The notes under the pieces are model-generated. The model made no database searches. It was not told where the DNA came from and saw nothing but the letters and a program-made list of their open reading frames with translations. The position numbers were made by a program, and so were the translations under genes. From positions 1,240,203 to 1,304,202 of the forward strand of contig JBJBEO010000001.1 in the NCBI GenBank assembly GCA_047284725.1: a stretch of DNA of 64,000 nucleotides, read 5' to 3'. The stretch comes from Synechococcus sp. (GTDB lineage Bacteria; Cyanobacteriota; Cyanobacteriia; PCC-6307; Cyanobiaceae). Positions 11,201 to 21,473 of this stretch are shown one piece after another. Each line of letters starts with the position of its first letter. Positions within the stretch are counted from its first letter, which is position 1.

Positions 11201-11287
11201 CGGAGAGGGAGGGATTCGAACCCTCGATAGAGTTGCCCCTATACAGCATTTCCAGTGCTGCGCCTTCGACCACTCGGCCACCTCTCC
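11201..11287 (-). tRNA. trnS: tRNA-Ser (anticodon GGA)
   Basis: Reverse complement GGAGAGGTGGCCGAGTGGTCGAAGGCG-CAGCA CTGGAAA TGCTG-(long variable arm)-GAGGGTTCGAATCCCTC-CCTCTCCG; no encoded CCA. Confidence 0.97.
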
Positions 11288-11340
11288 AGCGGCTGACTGA
11301 AGCAATGCGAATGTAGCAGGGCGTTCGCACTCAATCGACC

Positions 11341-11709
11341 ATGCCCCGTAGCCACAGGGTCACCATCCACTGGCGACAGGAGCAGCGAAGCATTACCCAC
11401 GATGTACCCCATGGTGAGTACATCCTGCGTAGTTTCGAACAACAGGGAGATCCACTTCCCTTTTCCTGCCGAAACGGCTGTTGCACGGCCTGCGCCGTGC
11501 GTGTTCTCAGCGGCGAGCTCGATCAGCGTGAAGCGATGGGCCTTTCGAAGGAATTGCGTGCTCAGGGCTATGGCTTGCTGTGTGTGGCCCGCGCGACGAC
11601 AGACCTTGAAGCCGTCACGCAGGATGAAGATGAGGTCTATGACCTTCAGTTCGGCCGCCATTTCGGAAAGGGCCAAATCACAACAGGACTCCCCCTAGAC
11701 GATGAGTGA
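11341..11709 (+). CDS. 2Fe-2S ferredoxin (plant-type paralog)
   Basis: LPFSCRNGCCTAC...LLC cluster ligands. Confidence 0.9.
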   Translation: MPRSHRVTIHWRQEQRSITHDVPHGEYILRSFEQQGDPLPFSCRNGCCTACAVRVLSGELDQREAMGLSKELRAQGYGLLCVARATTDLEAVTQDEDEVYDLQFGRHFGKGQITTGLPLDDE

Positions 11710-12598
11710 TGTGACACGCACGCGCTGTGAACGCGTGGCTGACGAGGCGGGTTTATCGCCTGAGGACCTCTCGACCCTGCACCGCACCGCTCGGACAGCG
11801 GCGCAATGCGGAGCAGAGATTCTGATGGCCCATTACGGGCAGCTCAGCAATATCCGCAGCAAGGGACGCCAGGGAGACCTGGTGACTGAAGCCGACGAAG
11901 CCGCTGAGGCGGCAGTTCTACAGCTGTTGAAAGAGACGACTCCACAGATTGGAATCCTTGCAGAGGAATCGGGTCGTTTCGGCGCCGATTCCGGATTGCA
12001 GTGGATGGTGGATCCCCTTGACGGAACGACCAACTTTGCCCATGGCTATCCCTTTTTCGCCACATCGATCGGCCTCTGCTGGAACGCCCGTCCATTGCTC
12101 GGCGCCATCGCCGTTCCCTTTCTCCACCAGGTGTTCCATTGCTGCCCTGGCGTCGGTGCCTTCTGTAACGACGATCCCATCAGGATCTCGGGCTGTGAGG
12201 AATTGGCGGACTCACTGCTGGTGACAGGATTCGCCTACGACCGTCACACCAGACTTGATAACAACTATGCCGAGTTCTGCTGGCTGACCCATCGCACCCA
12301 TGGAGTACGCCGAGGGGGGGCAGCCGCTGTGGACCTGGCCTACGTGGCGGCTGGCCTTCTTGATGGCTACTGGGAACGTGGACTCGCTCCATGGGATCTT
12401 GCCGCCGGTGTTGCCCTCGTTCAGCAGGCTGGTGGAGATGTCAGCGATTACGACGGCAGTCCGTTTGATCTGTGTTCGGGTCGCGTGCTTGCTGCCAATC
12501 CATCCCTCCAAGCCAAGATTTCGCGGGAGTTGAACAAGGTCAAGCCACTATCAGGGGACTCATTCGGTGCACCTGAGCTCGGGCACGTGGGATCCTGA
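11702..12598 (+). CDS. Inositol monophosphatase family protein (SuhB-like)
   Basis: DLVTEAD, W.VDPLDGTTNFAHG and WDLAAG. Confidence 0.92.
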   Translation: MSDVTRTRCERVADEAGLSPEDLSTLHRTARTAAQCGAEILMAHYGQLSNIRSKGRQGDLVTEADEAAEAAVLQLLKETTPQIGILAEESGRFGADSGLQWMVDPLDGTTNFAHGYPFFATSIGLCWNARPLLGAIAVPFLHQVFHCCPGVGAFCNDDPIRISGCEELADSLLVTGFAYDRHTRLDNNYAEFCWLTHRTHGVRRGGAAAVDLAYVAAGLLDGYWERGLAPWDLAAGVALVQQAGGDVSDYDGSPFDLCSGRVLAANPSLQAKISRELNKVKPLSGDSFGAPELGHVGS

Positions 12599-12620
12599 AG
12601 CAGCTGTAGCTACCACTGGG

Positions 12621-13799
12621 ATGGCCCTGCAACCCGCCTCGGGCGCGCGAGATCTCAACCCTCAGCAGGTGGAGCACAACCAGATCCTGCGTGAACAGCT
12701 TGCCGAGGTCTTTCGGCAATGGGGTTACGACGAGGTGTCCCCGCCCCAGGTGGAGCGGATGGACACCCTCAAGGCGGGAGGTGGCATCAACAGCAATGAC
12801 ATCGTCCGACTTGTTGCTGATGAACCACTGGGGCTGAGGCCTGAGATGACGGCTTCAATCGCCAGAGCTGCCACGACCCGTCTTGCGGAACGATCGCGAC
12901 CATTGCGTCTCTGGTCATCCGGAACCGTGTTCGAAAGCAGAATCAATGATGAAGGGGGGCAGCGCATCGAGGAAAAACTCTTCAGCGGTGTGGAGTTATT
13001 CGGCAGTGGGCAAGTGCACGGCGAATTGGAACTGTTGTCACTGCTGATGGCCTCGTTCGAAGCCCTTCATCTGGTTGCTGACCATCAGGCAAGGCTGTTA
13101 GTAGGCCATGCTGCCTTGATGCAGCTGATGCTCGCTCCCTTTGAAGCCCCGGAGCGTGAGCTGATCAAGCAGGCAATGGTCACTTTTGATCGTTTTGCTC
13201 TCGAAGGTCTCGACATCTCCGAGCTACAGCGTGCACGCTTGGAGCAGCAGCTTGATCTGCGGGGTGAGCCTGGTCTTGTGATCGAGGAACTGCGTCGCTC
13301 CTTTGGTCCACAACCGGTGCTCTCGGACCTGGAACGGTTGTTCAGTCATCTTCAGCCAAGAGCAGACGAACTGGGCATCACACTTCAACTCGATCCAACC
13401 TTTCAGCCCCATTTCGAGCTTTACGACGGCCTTGTCTTTCAGCTGGTGTGTCAAGGATCGTCGGCCCCGATTGTGGTCGCTCGTGGAGGTCGTTACGACA
13501 GTGTTCTGAGACGCTTTGGCGCGAAAGGGGCTGATGCTGCAGGCCTTGGCTTCGGTGTTTGTCTGGATGACGTCCGCGACCTGCCTTCAGCGCACCAACC
13601 CCTTCGACGTGATTCCGACCGCGTTCTGGTGGCCTATGGATCTGGATCCAACCTTGAATCGGCACTGCACCACCAGCGCCGATTCCATCAGGATGGAACT
13701 GCCGCTGTCATCGAACTCAGTCCGCTCAGCAACCAGGAGGAAGCCAAGGCTCTCCTCGGCGAACGCGGCTGTAACAGCCTGCACTGGCTCTCTGACTAA
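12621..13799 (+). CDS. hisZ: ATP phosphoribosyltransferase regulatory subunit
   Basis: QPASGARDL, LGLRPEMTASIAR and GGRYD; HisRS-like fold. Start placed at ATG 12621. Confidence 0.9.
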   Translation: MALQPASGARDLNPQQVEHNQILREQLAEVFRQWGYDEVSPPQVERMDTLKAGGGINSNDIVRLVADEPLGLRPEMTASIARAATTRLAERSRPLRLWSSGTVFESRINDEGGQRIEEKLFSGVELFGSGQVHGELELLSLLMASFEALHLVADHQARLLVGHAALMQLMLAPFEAPERELIKQAMVTFDRFALEGLDISELQRARLEQQLDLRGEPGLVIEELRRSFGPQPVLSDLERLFSHLQPRADELGITLQLDPTFQPHFELYDGLVFQLVCQGSSAPIVVARGGRYDSVLRRFGAKGADAAGLGFGVCLDDVRDLPSAHQPLRRDSDRVLVAYGSGSNLESALHHQRRFHQDGTAAVIELSPLSNQEEAKALLGERGCNSLHWLSD

Positions 13800-13823
13800 G
13801 ATCACTGCTGCATCGTTGGTTGG

Positions 13824-14048
13824 ATGGCTCACACGATCGTGACGGATGTCTGTGAGGGCATTGCGGATTGCCTGGATGCGTGTCCTGTTGCCTGTATCCA
13901 ACAAGGCAAAGGTCGCAATCAAAAGGGGACAGAGTTCTACTGGATCGATTTCGACACCTGCATCGACTGCGGCATCTGCCTGCAGGTCTGTCCTGTTGAG
14001 GGTGCCATTCTTGCTGAAGAACGGGGCGACTTACAGCGCACACCCTGA
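13824..14048 (+). CDS. Dicluster (3Fe-4S/4Fe-4S type) ferredoxin
   Basis: CEGIADC.DACP and CIDCGICLQVCP motifs. Confidence 0.9.
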   Translation: MAHTIVTDVCEGIADCLDACPVACIQQGKGRNQKGTEFYWIDFDTCIDCGICLQVCPVEGAILAEERGDLQRTP

Positions 14049-14137
14049 TTTAAGGCTGGGTGTACGGAGACCTCGCCATGGCAGGGCTTGAGTCAGTGGC
14101 AACGACTCACTAAGTTCATTGCAATTGTTGCCTTGCC

Positions 14138-16042
14138 ATGACCGTGCTGGAACAGGGTCAGATCCAGATTCATACTGAAAATATCTTTCCAATTATCAAA
14201 AAAGCGGTTTATTCCGGTCACGAAGTCTTTCTCCGTGAACTTGTCAGCAATGCTGCCGATGCCATCAGCAAGCGCCGCATGGCAGCGATGGCAGGCGATT
14301 GCAGTGAAGGAGATGATGGCAAGATCTCGATCAGTATTGATCGAGAGAAGAAGATTGTAACGATTACAGATAACGGAATCGGCATGACTGCCGACGAAGT
14401 CAAGCGTTATATCAACCAAGTCGCTTTTTCAAGCGCTGAAGACTTTCTGCAAAAATACAAGCAAGAAAACGATGCGATCATCGGCCATTTTGGCCTTGGA
14501 TTTTATTCTAGCTTCATGGTTGCAAGAGAAGTTGAGTTGGTGACTCGATCTGCCCGCCCCGACAGTGAAGCAGTCCGCTGGCGTTGCGACGGATCACCCA
14601 ACTTCAGCCTTGAAGCTTGCGAGCGGTCCGATGCAGGAACCGATGTGATCCTGCATCTGATGGAAGATGAACTCGAATACCTCGAACCGGCACGGCTTCG
14701 TACTCTGATTAAGCAGTACTGTGATTTCATGCCAGTAAGCGTTGAGCTTGAAGGCGAATCAGTCAACAAAAAAGAAGCACCTTGGCGTCGATCACCACGA
14801 GAACTGACTGATGAAGATTATATCGAGCTCTATCGCTACCTCTACCCATTCCAAGGAGACCCTTTATTGTGGGTTCACCTGAATACAGATTACCCTTATG
14901 CCCTTCAGGGTATTCTTTTCTTCCCTAAAGTGAGTGGTCGCGCTGATTGGGAAAAGGGTGAAATTCGTCTCTACTGTAATCAGGTTTTTGTCAGCGACTC
15001 GATCAAGGAGATCGTCCCTCGTTACCTGTTGCCACTGAGGGGTGTCATTGACTCACCAGACATCCCACTTAATGTCAGTCGCAGCGCATTGCAAACCGAT
15101 CGACGTGTTCGATCGATAGGAAATTTCGTTTCCAAAAAGGTCGCTGATCGCTTGCGCAGCTTGAAGACTGATAGCCCCCAGGCCTATGCCGAGGCATGGG
15201 AGGCCCTGGCGCCCTTTGTAAAAATTGGGGCAATGGAGGATGAAAAATTCGCAGAACAAGTGAGCGAACTCGTTCTCTTCGGAACCACCGCGTCTCCTTC
15301 CCCAACGGAAGGAGATGAGCCGTTCCAAGCTGGGCAGAAGGCTTTCACCACGCTTGCGAGTTACCAGACCCGTCAGGAGAGCGACAGCGCCAACAGAATT
15401 CTCTATTGCACCGATGAAATTGCTCAGGCTGGTGCTCTCAGCCTCTGGAAGGGGCAAGGAGCCGAGGTGTTGCTCGCTGAAACGGTGATCGACAGTCAGT
15501 TCATTCCCTGGCTCGAGTCGAAGCACGACAACCTCAAGTTTCAACGGGTCGATGCCGAGCTAGACGACAGCCTCAGGGATGAAGAACCAGATTTGAGCGA
15601 TAAAGATGGTGAAACCCAGTCGGAGTCACTGCGCTCCCTGATCAAAGGTGCCCTCAACAATGACAAGGTCACGATTCAGATTCAGGCTCTGAAAGGCGGA
15701 CCCGACGCGCCTGCTGCACTGATCTTGCTGCCCGAGCAGATGCGACGGATGAACGACATCGGGGCTCTGATGGACCAGCGTTTGCCTGGATTGCCCGATC
15801 ATCACGTCCTGCTTGTCAACCGACGCCACCCGCTCGTGGAAGGGATGGTCAAGCTCAGCGCTGGCAGCATTGTGGTAGGCCAGGAGGGGCAATCTCCAAG
15901 TCAGCAACTGGCCGATTCCATGGCTCACCATCTGTATGACATGGCACGGCTGTCAGTTGGGGGCCTGGAACCAAACGAACTGGCTGGTTTCCAGACCCGA
16001 ACCACGCACCTGATGGCACAGTTGATGGAAAGGGGTCTCTAG
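14138..16042 (+). CDS. htpG: Hsp90 chaperone HtpG
   Basis: FLRELVSNA.DA, DNGIGM, IGHFGLGFYSSF and PLNVSRS.LQ. Confidence 0.96.
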   Translation: MTVLEQGQIQIHTENIFPIIKKAVYSGHEVFLRELVSNAADAISKRRMAAMAGDCSEGDDGKISISIDREKKIVTITDNGIGMTADEVKRYINQVAFSSAEDFLQKYKQENDAIIGHFGLGFYSSFMVAREVELVTRSARPDSEAVRWRCDGSPNFSLEACERSDAGTDVILHLMEDELEYLEPARLRTLIKQYCDFMPVSVELEGESVNKKEAPWRRSPRELTDEDYIELYRYLYPFQGDPLLWVHLNTDYPYALQGILFFPKVSGRADWEKGEIRLYCNQVFVSDSIKEIVPRYLLPLRGVIDSPDIPLNVSRSALQTDRRVRSIGNFVSKKVADRLRSLKTDSPQAYAEAWEALAPFVKIGAMEDEKFAEQVSELVLFGTTASPSPTEGDEPFQAGQKAFTTLASYQTRQESDSANRILYCTDEIAQAGALSLWKGQGAEVLLAETVIDSQFIPWLESKHDNLKFQRVDAELDDSLRDEEPDLSDKDGETQSESLRSLIKGALNNDKVTIQIQALKGGPDAPAALILLPEQMRRMNDIGALMDQRLPGLPDHHVLLVNRRHPLVEGMVKLSAGSIVVGQEGQSPSQQLADSMAHHLYDMARLSVGGLEPNELAGFQTRTTHLMAQLMERGL

Positions 16043-16104
16043 CAGTCCCCTTTTGATAGAATTGAAGCTTGGCTTTACGCCACCGCTCTAAAGGAACGTC
16101 AATC

Positions 16105-16341
16105 ATGTCTCGGGTGTGTCAGCTCACCGGTACACGGGCTAACAACGGCATGGCCGTGAGCCACTCCCATATCCGCACCAAGAAGCTTCAGCAGGCCAAT
16201 CTGCAGCAGCGTCGTCTCTGGTGGGCCGAAGGAAACCGTTGGGTGAAGCTACGTGTCACGACCCGTGCACTCAAGACGATTCAAAAGAAGGGTTTGGGCG
16301 CCTACGCCCGTTCTCTGGGAGTGGACCTCAGCAAGTTCTGA
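16105..16341 (+). CDS. rpmB: 50S ribosomal protein L28
   Basis: [34 protein letters not shown]. Confidence 0.96.
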   Translation: MSRVCQLTGTRANNGMAVSHSHIRTKKLQQANLQQRRLWWAEGNRWVKLRVTTRALKTIQKKGLGAYARSLGVDLSKF

Positions 16342-16383
16342 ATTCTTTTAGGATTTACTCAATCAAAAGCCCAAACCCACAGA

Positions 16384-16941
16384 ATGAACCGACGTCGCTT
16401 TTTGAATCGGTTATCTGTTTTTGGGCTTTTTTTATGGTTTGCCAAACCGAGTGCTGCCTTAGGCGGTCCTGCTTTCAATCCAGGCAGTCAAGCTCCAGCA
16501 TTTCGACTGCAAGGCACCACCAGAGATTCCAACCAACCTAGAGAATGGACACTTGGTGACCTACGAGGTCGTTGGATTGTCTTGTATTTCTATCCGCGGG
16601 ATTTCACATCTGGCTGCACGATTGAAGCCCATGGCTTCCAGACAATGAATCAGCAGTTTGAGGATATTGGCGCCTCCATTGTCGGCATCAGCGCCGATGC
16701 AGTCGAAGACCATGCTTCCTTTTGCAGCTCAGAAGAACTTGATTTCCTTTTGCTGTCTGACATTGGCGGCTCTGTGAGCAAAGCCTATGGATCATGGATG
16801 GCTCCTTACTCGCTCCGTCACACCTTTCTCATCGACCCTGAGGGCCTGATTCAAAGGGAGTGGAGAGGTGTTCGCCCGACCGGTCACGCAAGAGAAGTCT
16901 TCGATACGCTGCGGGTGTTGCAGAGCGAAGCATCTGTTTGA
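16384..16941 (+). CDS. Peroxiredoxin Q / BCP family with N-terminal twin-arginine-like signal
   Basis: LYFYPRDFTSGCT.EA active site; N-terminus MNRRRFL. Confidence 0.88.
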   Translation: MNRRRFLNRLSVFGLFLWFAKPSAALGGPAFNPGSQAPAFRLQGTTRDSNQPREWTLGDLRGRWIVLYFYPRDFTSGCTIEAHGFQTMNQQFEDIGASIVGISADAVEDHASFCSSEELDFLLLSDIGGSVSKAYGSWMAPYSLRHTFLIDPEGLIQREWRGVRPTGHAREVFDTLRVLQSEASV

Positions 16942-17013
16942 CAAACAACTGCTTTTAAGGAAGGGTGGAGAAAGGGACAGTACATTGACCCTAAACGGTT
17001 TCGGATTTTTTTT

Positions 17014-18507
17014 ATGCAGCGAGAGGAAGGAAGAAGCTCTTTTATTCTTTTGTATCATAGGACTCCTTTTGATGAAGTTATAGACGGAAACGGAAATCGC
17101 AGCTGGGCAGATCAGAAGAGCCCAAACGGAATTATTCCAACCCTCAGAAATCTTTTCAGAAGCCATATCGACGGCACCTGGATTGCCTGGCGCGAAGTGA
17201 CTGAGGGAGATGATAGTGGTGACGAAAGAATTGCCATGGAGAAACCAGCCAGTTTCACGCTCAGGCGGATTCCACTTGAGAAATACCAAATATCGAGCTT
17301 TTACCATGTGACATCCAAGGAATCATTCTGGCCGATCCTCCACACCTTTCCGACGTATTTCAACGTCAACAATGCTGATTGGAGCATTTTTGAAGAGGTT
17401 AATCGGCGTTTCGCCGAAGCTGCTTGCAAAGAAGCTGCGAAAGAAGCCACTGTTTGGATTCATGACTACAATTTATGGCTAGCGCCAGGATATATTCGCC
17501 AACGACGTCCGGATCTCAAAATTGCTTTTTTTCACCATACACCATTCCCGAGCAATGATGTTTTCGCCATTCTTCCATGGCGTCAACAAATACTTGAAAG
17601 TTTGTTGAGTTGCGATATGGTTGGATTTCACATTCCTCGCTATACCGAAAACTTTGCTCGTGCCTCCAATTGCTTGTTAGGTGCACAAAAAGGCCCTAAA
17701 CGAGAGGTCAATCCTCGTTTTCTCACCACAGGTACTGCGCTCACGGAGCCCTCTGAAACCCCCTGGCTGACCTACCGAGGCCGCACGATTCAATTGCTGT
17801 CCTCTCCAGTCGGCACTTCACCCGATGTTATTCAGTCCTTGGTGGCCGACCAGGAGATCAAAGACCTTGGGGCAAGAATTGAAGAAGACACACGCAAAGG
17901 TCGCAAACTCATCCTTTCTGCCAGCAGAGTCGATTACACCAAGGGAAATGAAGAGCTTCTGCTGGCCTTCGAACGTCTATTGGAACGACGCTGCGATCTT
18001 CATGGTCAGGTTGTTCTCATGTTGGCATGCGTGTCTGCGGCGAGTGGAATGAAAATCTATGAAGACACTCAACGCTCAATTGAAGAAATGGCAGGTCGGA
18101 TTAATGGTCGATTCAGCTTGATCGACTGGGTTCCTATCCGTTTCTCAACCAGGAGAATCCCCTATGAGGAGATGGTGGCATGGTTCACACAATCAGATAT
18201 CTGTTGGATCACCCCATTGCGTGACGGATTGAATCTAGTTGCCAAAGAGTACGCAGCTGCCCGTCAGGATCAGGGAGGCGTACTTGTGCTATCTGAGTTC
18301 ACGGGTGCTTCAGTTGTCTTGGATGGTGCGGTCCTGACCAACCCATACTCACACCGGCGTATGGATGAGGCCATTGAACAGGCGCTCGAGATGCCTTTGG
18401 AGGAGCAAAAACGACGCATGCGAACCATGGCGAATGCCGTCGAATCATTTACCGTTCAGGACTGGGCTGAGGAACAAATGGGTGGGCTGGAACTCACTCC
18501 ACGATGA
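17014..18507 (+). CDS. ggpS: Glucosylglycerol-phosphate synthase (GT20)
   Basis: LYHRTPFDE, SPNGIIPTL, WIHDYNLW, RVDYTKG and PLRDGLNLVAKEY. Confidence 0.92.
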   Translation: MQREEGRSSFILLYHRTPFDEVIDGNGNRSWADQKSPNGIIPTLRNLFRSHIDGTWIAWREVTEGDDSGDERIAMEKPASFTLRRIPLEKYQISSFYHVTSKESFWPILHTFPTYFNVNNADWSIFEEVNRRFAEAACKEAAKEATVWIHDYNLWLAPGYIRQRRPDLKIAFFHHTPFPSNDVFAILPWRQQILESLLSCDMVGFHIPRYTENFARASNCLLGAQKGPKREVNPRFLTTGTALTEPSETPWLTYRGRTIQLLSSPVGTSPDVIQSLVADQEIKDLGARIEEDTRKGRKLILSASRVDYTKGNEELLLAFERLLERRCDLHGQVVLMLACVSAASGMKIYEDTQRSIEEMAGRINGRFSLIDWVPIRFSTRRIPYEEMVAWFTQSDICWITPLRDGLNLVAKEYAAARQDQGGVLVLSEFTGASVVLDGAVLTNPYSHRRMDEAIEQALEMPLEEQKRRMRTMANAVESFTVQDWAEEQMGGLELTPR

Positions 18508-19790
18508 GAAACCGTTCTCGGCAACGATTCCGGCTGCTGGCACTGGCAGTCGTTGTTTCAATTTTGATGATTCCGTCGGGATGGTTCTGGGCCCATGCAA
18601 GAACGATTCAGCAAGTCAGCATTCTGATGCCTGCTCCCTTCGCGGAGGCGAGCAAAGCCTTGATCAGAGAATTCAACCAGAAGCATCGGGGTGAGATTCA
18701 CCTCAATGCGGTGCGGGGACCGCTGGAAACAGAAGCCATTTCTGATCTGGCGATCAGCAGCTTGTTGCTCGGTGATGCTCCGTTTGATGCCCTTTTGATG
18801 GATGTCACCTGGCTGCCGAAATATGCTGCTGCAGGTTGGCTGGTCCCTCTTGATCCCTGGTTCACTGCCTCCGATGTGAACGCTCTTGCATCGGGAGCGC
18901 GGGAGGGAAATTCCTACGACGGTGCCTTGTATCGCTGGCCATTCACAGCCGACATGGGTCTGCTCTACTGGCGCACCGATCTGATGGACGAGCCTCCGAC
19001 CACACCAGAGCAGTTGGTTGAAGTCAGTCAATCCTTACAACAACAAGCTCGAGTTCCTTGGGGATATGTGTGGCAAGGTCGTCAATATGAAGGCCTCAGT
19101 TGTGTTTTTCTGGAGTTGATTGAGGGTTTTGGTGGCTTCTGGATGCAACCCGAAACTGGCGCGATTGGCCTTGATCAGCCAGCAGGATTGAAGGCATCAA
19201 CCTGGCTGCGAAATCTGATCACTTCTGGAGTGAGTCCCCAGGCTGTCACCAACTACGCCGAATCTGAAGCCTTGCAGAGTTTCAAGGTGGGTGATGCTGC
19301 ATTTATGCGCAACTGGCCTTATGCCTGGGCCGAACTCCAGAAACCAGATAGTGCCGTCAAAGGACATGTCGGTGTGACGACCATGGTGGCTGAACCGGGG
19401 TCACCACCAACTGCCACCCTTGGAAGCTGGGGCATGGCGATCCTTCGAACCAGCTCTCATCGTGAGGCAACTGCTGAGGCGATTCGCTTTCTTACATCCG
19501 AGGATTCTCAGAAGAAGCTTTATCTCAACTATGGCTACACTCCTACCATTGAGAAATTGTTCAGTGATCCTGAGTTAACAGCCGACAATCCCATCCTTCC
19601 TGATCTTCTGGATGCACTGAAGTACACACGATCTCGGCCAGAAACACCGCTTTATGCCCAGTTCAGCGATGTCTTACAACGCGACTTGAGCGGAGTGCTC
19701 ACAGGAGAACGCTCGCCTGTGGACGGGATGAAGCAGGCCACAACCACAAGTCGAACCATCCTGCGATCTGCTGGTGAGGTGCGTCCGTGA
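18504..19790 (+). CDS. Sugar/osmolyte ABC transporter substrate-binding protein (GgtB-like)
   Basis: Signal anchor, QYEGLSC and FMRNWPYAW; ATGA overlap with ggpS. Confidence 0.85.
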   Translation: MRNRSRQRFRLLALAVVVSILMIPSGWFWAHARTIQQVSILMPAPFAEASKALIREFNQKHRGEIHLNAVRGPLETEAISDLAISSLLLGDAPFDALLMDVTWLPKYAAAGWLVPLDPWFTASDVNALASGAREGNSYDGALYRWPFTADMGLLYWRTDLMDEPPTTPEQLVEVSQSLQQQARVPWGYVWQGRQYEGLSCVFLELIEGFGGFWMQPETGAIGLDQPAGLKASTWLRNLITSGVSPQAVTNYAESEALQSFKVGDAAFMRNWPYAWAELQKPDSAVKGHVGVTTMVAEPGSPPTATLGSWGMAILRTSSHREATAEAIRFLTSEDSQKKLYLNYGYTPTIEKLFSDPELTADNPILPDLLDALKYTRSRPETPLYAQFSDVLQRDLSGVLTGERSPVDGMKQATTTSRTILRSAGEVRP

Positions 19791-20647
19791 CATTACTTCT
19801 GCTTCCCGCAGCCCTGCTACTCGGAATGGTCTTTGTGCTGCCGTTGCTCCGTTATCTCTGGCTGAGTGGTCATGCAGATTCCGTTCTCACCGGATTTGTG
19901 GCCGTTCCCAATCAGGGAGCCAACTGGCTTCGCTTGCTGAACGATGCGCGTTTCTGGCAAGACGCCCTTCAGACATTGCGTTTTGCGTTCGTATCAGTTG
20001 GTCTTGAGCTGCTACTTGCTCTCGCAATTGCACTGCTGCTCGATCAGCGTTGGCGCGGCAGAGGGGCCGTTCGGGCCTTCACGCTGATTCCATGGGCACT
20101 GCCCACCACAGTGATGGCACTGGGTTGGCGGTGGATCTTCAATACCCCCTACGGTCCGGTTGAGCAAGCAGCTGGATTGCTTGGTTTGCCAGCCCTGAAC
20201 ATCCTCTCCAGCCCCTCAATCACCTGGATCGCCACAGTGTTTGGCGATGTCTGGAAAACCACTCCTTTTGCGGCCTTAATCCTTCTTGCTGGTCTTCAGA
20301 CCATCCCCTCAGATCTCTACGAGGCATTCAAACTCGAAGGGGCAGGACCCTATGCATGTTTCCGGCGTATCACCCTGCCTCTTCTGCAGCCTTACATCGC
20401 ATTGGCTTTGCTTTTCCGTTTGGCACAGGCCTTCGGAGTCTTTGATCTCATCCAGGTGATGACTGGGGGTGGGCCTGCGGGCAGTACGGAAAGTCTGGCT
20501 CTCTATGCGTATCTCAACGCCATGCGCTTCCTTGACTTCGGCTACAGCGCCACCGTGATGATGGGTAGTTTTCTGTTGCTGATCATGCTCTGTCTGGGGT
20601 TCTGGTTCATGTTGCAGCGGGTGCAACGTCGCCCTGGGGAGGCTTGA
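19787..20647 (+). CDS. Sugar ABC transporter permease (GgtC-like)
   Basis: DVWKTTPF..L.LLAGLQ.IP..LYEA..LEGA (EAA loop). Confidence 0.88.
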   Translation: MTLLLLPAALLLGMVFVLPLLRYLWLSGHADSVLTGFVAVPNQGANWLRLLNDARFWQDALQTLRFAFVSVGLELLLALAIALLLDQRWRGRGAVRAFTLIPWALPTTVMALGWRWIFNTPYGPVEQAAGLLGLPALNILSSPSITWIATVFGDVWKTTPFAALILLAGLQTIPSDLYEAFKLEGAGPYACFRRITLPLLQPYIALALLFRLAQAFGVFDLIQVMTGGGPAGSTESLALYAYLNAMRFLDFGYSATVMMGSFLLLIMLCLGFWFMLQRVQRRPGEA

Positions 20648-20651
20648 GCTG

Positions 20652-21473
20652 ATGACAAACCACCGTCGTCTTTGGGTTTTCTTGCTGCTGACTTGGTCGC
20701 TTGCACCCTTATTTTGGCAACTTTATACATCTTTCAGTACCAATGAAGCGTTGATCACACCCTTTGCTTCAGATCTCCAACAACGATGGACCCTTCTCCA
20801 CTATCAAACCGTTCTCACTGCAGATCCGCCGTTCTGGAGGTATCTCTTGAACAGTGTGATTGTAGGCGCTGGCAGTACAGTCTTAACACTCTTGATCGCC
20901 ATTCCTGCAGCCTACGCGTTGACAAGAAGTCACAACAGGATCAGCAAAGTGGCGCGACTGTTTCTGGTTGTCGCTGCGCTTTTCCCCTACGTTTTACTGT
21001 TCTTAGCCCTGTTGGAGGTTGCCCGTAGCCTCAATCTTGGCAATCACCTCTTTGCCTTGACAATTCCCTACGCGGCTTTATCCCAGCCACTGGCCATTCT
21101 TCTCTTGTCTTCAGCCTTTAGGGATTTACCTATTGAGTTGGAGGAAGCCGCACGACTGGAAGGACTCGATCTATGGCAACGGTTGCGATGGATCCTGATT
21201 CCACTGATCGCTCCAGCTACCACCAGCACAGCCATTCTTGTTTTTCTTTTTGCGTGGAATGAGTATCCCATCGCCCTCACGTGGATTAGTGATTCCAGTC
21301 TTCTCACCTTGCCAGTTGCTATGGCCAGAATTGCAGGCTCATCCATCTACTCTGTTCCCTATGGTGCCTACGCTGCAGCAACGGTACTTGGCTCAATTCC
21401 TCTTGTTTTTCTTGTTTTGATCTTCCAGAAGTCGATTGTTTCCGGTTTGACCAGCGGAGCTGTCAAGGGATGA
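20652..21473 (+). CDS. Sugar ABC transporter permease (GgtD-like)
   Basis: ELEEAARLEG, FAWNEY and IVSGLTSGAVKG. Confidence 0.88.
   Translation: MTNHRRLWVFLLLTWSLAPLFWQLYTSFSTNEALITPFASDLQQRWTLLHYQTVLTADPPFWRYLLNSVIVGAGSTVLTLLIAIPAAYALTRSHNRISKVARLFLVVAALFPYVLLFLALLEVARSLNLGNHLFALTIPYAALSQPLAILLLSSAFRDLPIELEEAARLEGLDLWQRLRWILIPLIAPATTSTAILVFLFAWNEYPIALTWISDSSLLTLPVAMARIAGSSIYSVPYGAYAAATVLGSIPLVFLVLIFQKSIVSGLTSGAVKG

Noticed and set aside
11060..11287. tRNA-Ser as the integration site of an island containing pstCAB
   Set aside because: No duplicated tRNA 3' end or integrase was seen, and core genes lie on both sides.
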